Assembly: GCA_038207085.1 (NCBI GenBank)
Contig: JBBRAE010000005.1
Span: 91,347-155,346, forward strand
DNA length: 64,000 nt
Source: Armatimonadota bacterium
GTDB lineage: Bacteria; Armatimonadota; UBA5829; DTLH01
Reading direction: 5' to 3'
Positions 60,440 to 64,000 of this stretch are shown here, one piece after another (within the stretch, counting starts at the first letter, position 1; every line of letters begins with the position of its first letter). Made by a program: the position numbers and the translations under genes. A model generated the notes under the pieces. It ran no database searches, had not been told where the DNA came from, and saw only the letters and a list, made by a program, of their open reading frames with translations.

Positions 60440-60920
60440 GTAGGGGCAGACCAATGTGTCTGCCCTCTCCCGGCCACCGAAAATCTACGGGCAAGTGGTC
60501 AGATGCTCCGTGCAATAAGAGAGCCCGCCTTGGAACAATACAACCCAGACATTCACCACAGGCGCTCCATCCGGCTGAAGGAGTTCGATTACAGAACGAC
60601 CGGCGGATGATAACAGAGTGGTGGGATAACCTCAACATTGCTTTCACGCCTGTTGAGACCGATGAGTTTGTGGTAATGCCGAACCACATCCACGGGATCA
60701 TCTCTCTCCGGCTTGGCGTGGCTCAATCTGAAGCTGTACGTGCCCCGAAAGAGGGCGGACACATTGGTCCGCCCCTACCCAGTGTGGTCGAGATTCGACG
60801 GCAAGCTTTGGCAGCGCGACTACTATGAGCGAGTAGTTCAAGATCAGAACGAACTCGACGATATCAGGCTTGGGACAAAGATCCCGAACACCCGTAGGGG
60901 CGGACCAATGTGTCCGCCCT
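60440..60920 (+). mobile_element. Decayed REP-associated tyrosine transposase (RAYT) with three family B REPs
   Basis: Fragments in different frames: YNPDIHHRRSIRLKEFDY (from 60530), FVVMPNHIHGII, KLWQRDYYE; REPs at 60440, 60752 and 60894. Confidence 0.85.
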
Positions 60921-60923
60921 CTC

Positions 60924-61658
60924 TTACTCCGCCGCGATCACCCACTCGTCAAACGTCTCAACTACCTTCTGTCCCGGCTCAACCACGAGAAAATCCCCGC
61001 CTGTAAAGTCCGCTGCGGCGATTCGGTCGATAAGCGAGGCGTCGCCAGGCATCTCCTGATACTCCCAGCTGTGGGCCGCAGCGATTCTCTGGGTGAACTC
61101 GCGGTAGTCGTCGATACATCCGACGCCGGTATCTATCAGGCTCGCCTGGGAGTAGTGAGAGAGCCACGTCTGCTCCTGCTCTAGCAGGAACCGCGCGTTG
61201 TCCTCGCCGTACTTCTCTACGTACTCCTTGTAACGCTCCTCGGCGGCCTTCTCTTTCTGATCTGCGATGTACCCCTGCTCGATCTCCCCTTCACTTCGCT
61301 CGATCCAGCCCGCGCTATAGTAGTAGGTGCCGGGGTTATCGATAAACTCCCGGTTATACCGCTCGCGGGAGCCCAAAAAGAGCGTGATGCAGTCGTGGGC
61401 TCTGGGGATCACTACGGGCACGTTTTGGGCGACAAGCTCCGCCGTTCCCCTGCTGCACAGGCCGTACCCAAGGACGATTGTGTCAAACCCTTCGGCGCTC
61501 GCCGAGTCGATCTCAGCCTGGAGCCTTTCCCGAAGCTTGTCGGGGGTGCCGTGGAGCCCAAAGGGCATAAACGCAAGAGAAAACACGTGCCTGCTCCCGG
61601 ATGCAGCCAGGCAGATCTCGCGGGTAAGAACTTCGCATGCAATAATCTTGATCTTCAT
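60924..61658 (-). CDS. DUF1638-like protein
   Basis: IACEVL.RE, GLH..PDKLR..LQ, LGYGLC..G, PRAHDCITLFLGS. Confidence 0.82.
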   Translation of the reverse strand: MKIKIIACEVLTREICLAASGSRHVFSLAFMPFGLHGTPDKLRERLQAEIDSASAEGFDTIVLGYGLCSRGTAELVAQNVPVVIPRAHDCITLFLGSRERYNREFIDNPGTYYYSAGWIERSEGEIEQGYIADQKEKAAEERYKEYVEKYGEDNARFLLEQEQTWLSHYSQASLIDTGVGCIDDYREFTQRIAAAHSWEYQEMPGDASLIDRIAAADFTGGDFLVVEPGQKVVETFDEWVIAAE

Positions 61659-61709
61659 AAAAACGAACCTCTGCCGTAATTCTAGCGACAGCGTGCTCCC
61701 TCGTCAATG

Positions 61710-62204
61710 CTAAAGATAGCGAATCTTCGACACGGCGCAGGCAGTCGAGATCACCACAGCAAGGATAAACCACGGATCAAAGAGCCGCAAAAGAGCAAAC
61801 CCGTCGGCAACGGTCGGTCCGAGCTTAAAGGCAAGCGCCCCGAGGACCATCCCGAGCCCTGCTGTGATCTCCATCTTGACCCCGCGCTTCATCCCAGCAG
61901 CCTTCATAATAACCGTTCCTGCGAAGTACCCGTAGGCGGTCCCGATGAAAATCACCAGAAAGCCGATCCTCCCAAGCATCCCCGCGACTAGCCCTGCCAC
62001 AATCGCGACCAGAAAGGCGAGAGCAAGCCTCGCGGGTTTGACTTTAAAGAGCGTCCCGCCCCGCTGCAGCCCACACTCCCGGCACTTCATACCAACGGGT
62101 GTCACCACCATACAATCCGGACAAATCGCCACCCCGCAAGTTGGGCAAGTGATAGCCGTCTCCACCTTGGGGTGTTTCGCGCAGTATTTAACATCAGTAG
62201 ACAA
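61710..62204 (-). CDS. Membrane protein with N-terminal B-box-like zinc finger
   Basis: CAKHP....ITCPTCGVAICPDC....VGMKCREC, then about 4 TM helices; start TTG 62204 after GGAGGAG. Confidence 0.75.
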   Translation of the reverse strand: MSTDVKYCAKHPKVETAITCPTCGVAICPDCMVVTPVGMKCRECGLQRGGTLFKVKPARLALAFLVAIVAGLVAGMLGRIGFLVIFIGTAYGYFAGTVIMKAAGMKRGVKMEITAGLGMVLGALAFKLGPTVADGFALLRLFDPWFILAVVISTACAVSKIRYL

Positions 62205-62355
62205 TTGATTGCACTCCTCCAACTAACCAATTCATGATACAATCCATCACGTAAGCCGTCAAACTGACACTTGGTCACATCCCGAACAGCAGACCATTGA
62301 TAATCCGCACTTTTGTCGTATAATACAGTGGAAGACAATGAGAGGTGCAAAGACA

Positions 62356-62562
62356 GTGTTGAGACCAAACGAAAAATATCTTGTAGACGACAGAGGACGA
62401 AAGACCGCCGTAGTCCTTGATATCAAAGCCTATAACCGTCTGATCGCCCATCTTGAGGACCTAGAGGACGCGCTCGCACTTGACACTGCCATCCGAGAGG
62501 AAAAGGACTTTCGTCCTTATGAACAGATCAGAGCAGAACTCAAACAGTCCGGTCAGCTATGA
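62356..62562 (+). CDS. Putative antitoxin of a RelE/ParE-family toxin
   Basis: Short, acidic (LEDLEDALAL...YEQIRAEL); ATGA overlap with the toxin. Confidence 0.78.
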   Translation: MLRPNEKYLVDDRGRKTAVVLDIKAYNRLIAHLEDLEDALALDTAIREEKDFRPYEQIRAELKQSGQL

Positions 62563-62822
62563 CGTACCCGGTCATCCTATCTAGCGCCGCGGAGCGGGAA
62601 CTGCTAAAGCTTGCGCCGGACGTGCTGCGCAGAATAGACACCAAACTGACGGCACTATCGATTGACCCTCGTCCAAAAGGCGCTCTCAAGCTTGAGGGGA
62701 AAGAGGGGCAGGGATGGCGAATAAGAGTCGGCGACTACCGGGTTCTCTATGTGATCGACGACGACTCACGCACCGTAAGAGTTTATAAAATCGGCCCAAG
62801 ATCGGATGTGTATCGCCGCTGA
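62559..62822 (+). CDS. RelE/ParE-family toxin
   Basis: L..DPRP.G..KL.G, WRIRVGDYRVLY.IDD, R.DVYR. Confidence 0.92.
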   Translation: MTYPVILSSAAERELLKLAPDVLRRIDTKLTALSIDPRPKGALKLEGKEGQGWRIRVGDYRVLYVIDDDSRTVRVYKIGPRSDVYRR

Positions 62823-64000
62823 TGACCACCTTCGACATCCTATCAAGAAAACGCCGAGGGGAGCGACACACCTCAGGCGAAATCCGTCGCCTGATCGAAG
62901 GCTTCGTCGCGGGCGAGGTCGCCGACTACCAGATGTCGGCATGGCTTATGGCCGTGTGCATTAACGGGCTGGAGCCAGACGAAACGCTCGCGCTAACTGA
63001 GGCGATGGTCGCCTCGGGCGAGACGATCGACCTCCTAGGGCTCCCAGGCCCCACTGTCGACAAGCACAGCACGGGTGGCGTCGGCGACAAAACGACGCTG
63101 GTGATTGTCCCCCTGCTCGCATGCGCGGGCCTCACGGTCGCCAAGATGTCCGGGAGGGGACTTGGCCTGACGGGTGGGACGATCGACAAGCTCGAAGCGA
63201 TCCCCGGCTTCCGCACAAGCCTCACAAGGGAAGAGTTTCTCGACCAGGCGAAGCGGATCGGCTGCGCTCTCGCGGGCCAGACGGCGAACCTCGTTCCCGC
63301 CGACAAAAAGATCTATGCGCTTCGAGACGTCACCGCGACCGTCGACTGTGTCCCACTGATCGCCGCAAGCGTGATGAGCAAGAAGCTCGCATGCGGCGCG
63401 AGGACGATCATTTTGGATATAAAAGTCGGGCGTGGCGCGTTTGTCCACGATATCGAGAGCGCCAGAACGCTTGCTCAGACCATGATCGAGATCGGGCGTG
63501 CGGCAGGACGTCGCACCATCGCGGTGATCACGGGAATGGACGAGCCCCTCGGGCGCGCGGTGGGAAACGCAAACGAGGTCGCGGAGGCGATCGCGACGCT
63601 CCACGGCTCAGGCCCCACTGACCTTACTGATCTTTCGCTAGACCTTGCGGCTATGCTCCACTCCGCAGCGACAGCGAGCCCGCTCGACTCCTCGCGCGCC
63701 ACAATGTCCGAGATTCTACACTCGGGAGCGGCGATTGAGAAGCTTCGGCAGTGGATCAGGGCACAGGGAGGCGATGCGGGCGTGGTCGACGACTCGGGCA
63801 TGCTTCCCCAGCCGCTTGCGAGGCTTGAAGTCATCTGTCAGTCAACGGGAAACGTCCAATCCCTCGACGCCGAGTCGATTGCCCAGGCCGCCTCGCTTCT
63901 TGGCACGGGAAGGCTGCGCTTGGGCGACGTGATTGACCCAAGCGCCGGGGTTCTGCTCCACAAAAAGACCGGGGACCCCGTCCAAGCCGGGGAACCGCTT
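62822..64000 (+). CDS. pdp: Pyrimidine-nucleoside/thymidine phosphorylase (runs off the right edge)
   Basis: Not in the ORF track. ATG 62822: MTTFDILSRKR...DYQMSAWLMA, VDKHSTGGVGDKT, KMSGRGLG.TGGTIDKLE, PADKKIYALRDVT, SVMSKK. Confidence 0.96.
   Translation, partial: MTTFDILSRKRRGERHTSGEIRRLIEGFVAGEVADYQMSAWLMAVCINGLEPDETLALTEAMVASGETIDLLGLPGPTVDKHSTGGVGDKTTLVIVPLLACAGLTVAKMSGRGLGLTGGTIDKLEAIPGFRTSLTREEFLDQAKRIGCALAGQTANLVPADKKIYALRDVTATVDCVPLIAASVMSKKLACGARTIILDIKVGRGAFVHDIESARTLAQTMIEIGRAAGRRTIAVITGMDEPLGRAVGNANEVAEAIATLHGSGPTDLTDLSLDLAAMLHSAATASPLDSSRATMSEILHSGAAIEKLRQWIRAQGGDAGVVDDSGMLPQPLARLEVICQSTGNVQSLDAESIAQAASLLGTGRLRLGDVIDPSAGVLLHKKTGDPVQAGEPL

Overview
GC-rich bacterial chromosome segment, mostly housekeeping and metabolic genes, with no rRNA, intact tRNA, CRISPR array or intact transposase that I could see. 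A cinA-thpR-recA-recX-rny-TIGR00282 cluster and a c-di-AMP riboswitch sit together with Kdo/LPS genes (kdsD, kdsC). This suggests a diderm Terrabacteria lineage such as Armatimonadota (inference). Core genes: ftsH, ligA, ychF, panC, aroF, prmC, cmk, plsC, dinB, pdp, ppk2. Also present: a sulfur-handling CoADR-rhodanese-TusA-DsrE fusion under a Cys-rich ArsR, a Re-citrate-synthase-like enzyme with a C-terminal Cache domain, GH1/GH38/GT2 enzymes and five toxin-antitoxin/Fic loci, two of them damaged. The most unusual signal is intergenic: at least six families of palindromic mini-elements. One has a GTAG...CTAC multi-hairpin core showing compensatory base changes between copies, wrapped in IS-like inverted repeats. 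One supplies a toxin's stop codon at one locus and dinB's promoter/RBS at another. One is tied to a decayed REP-associated tyrosine transposase. Two promoter-led, ORF-less segments are candidate ncRNAs. Domain names come from motif recognition by eye; no database searches were run.
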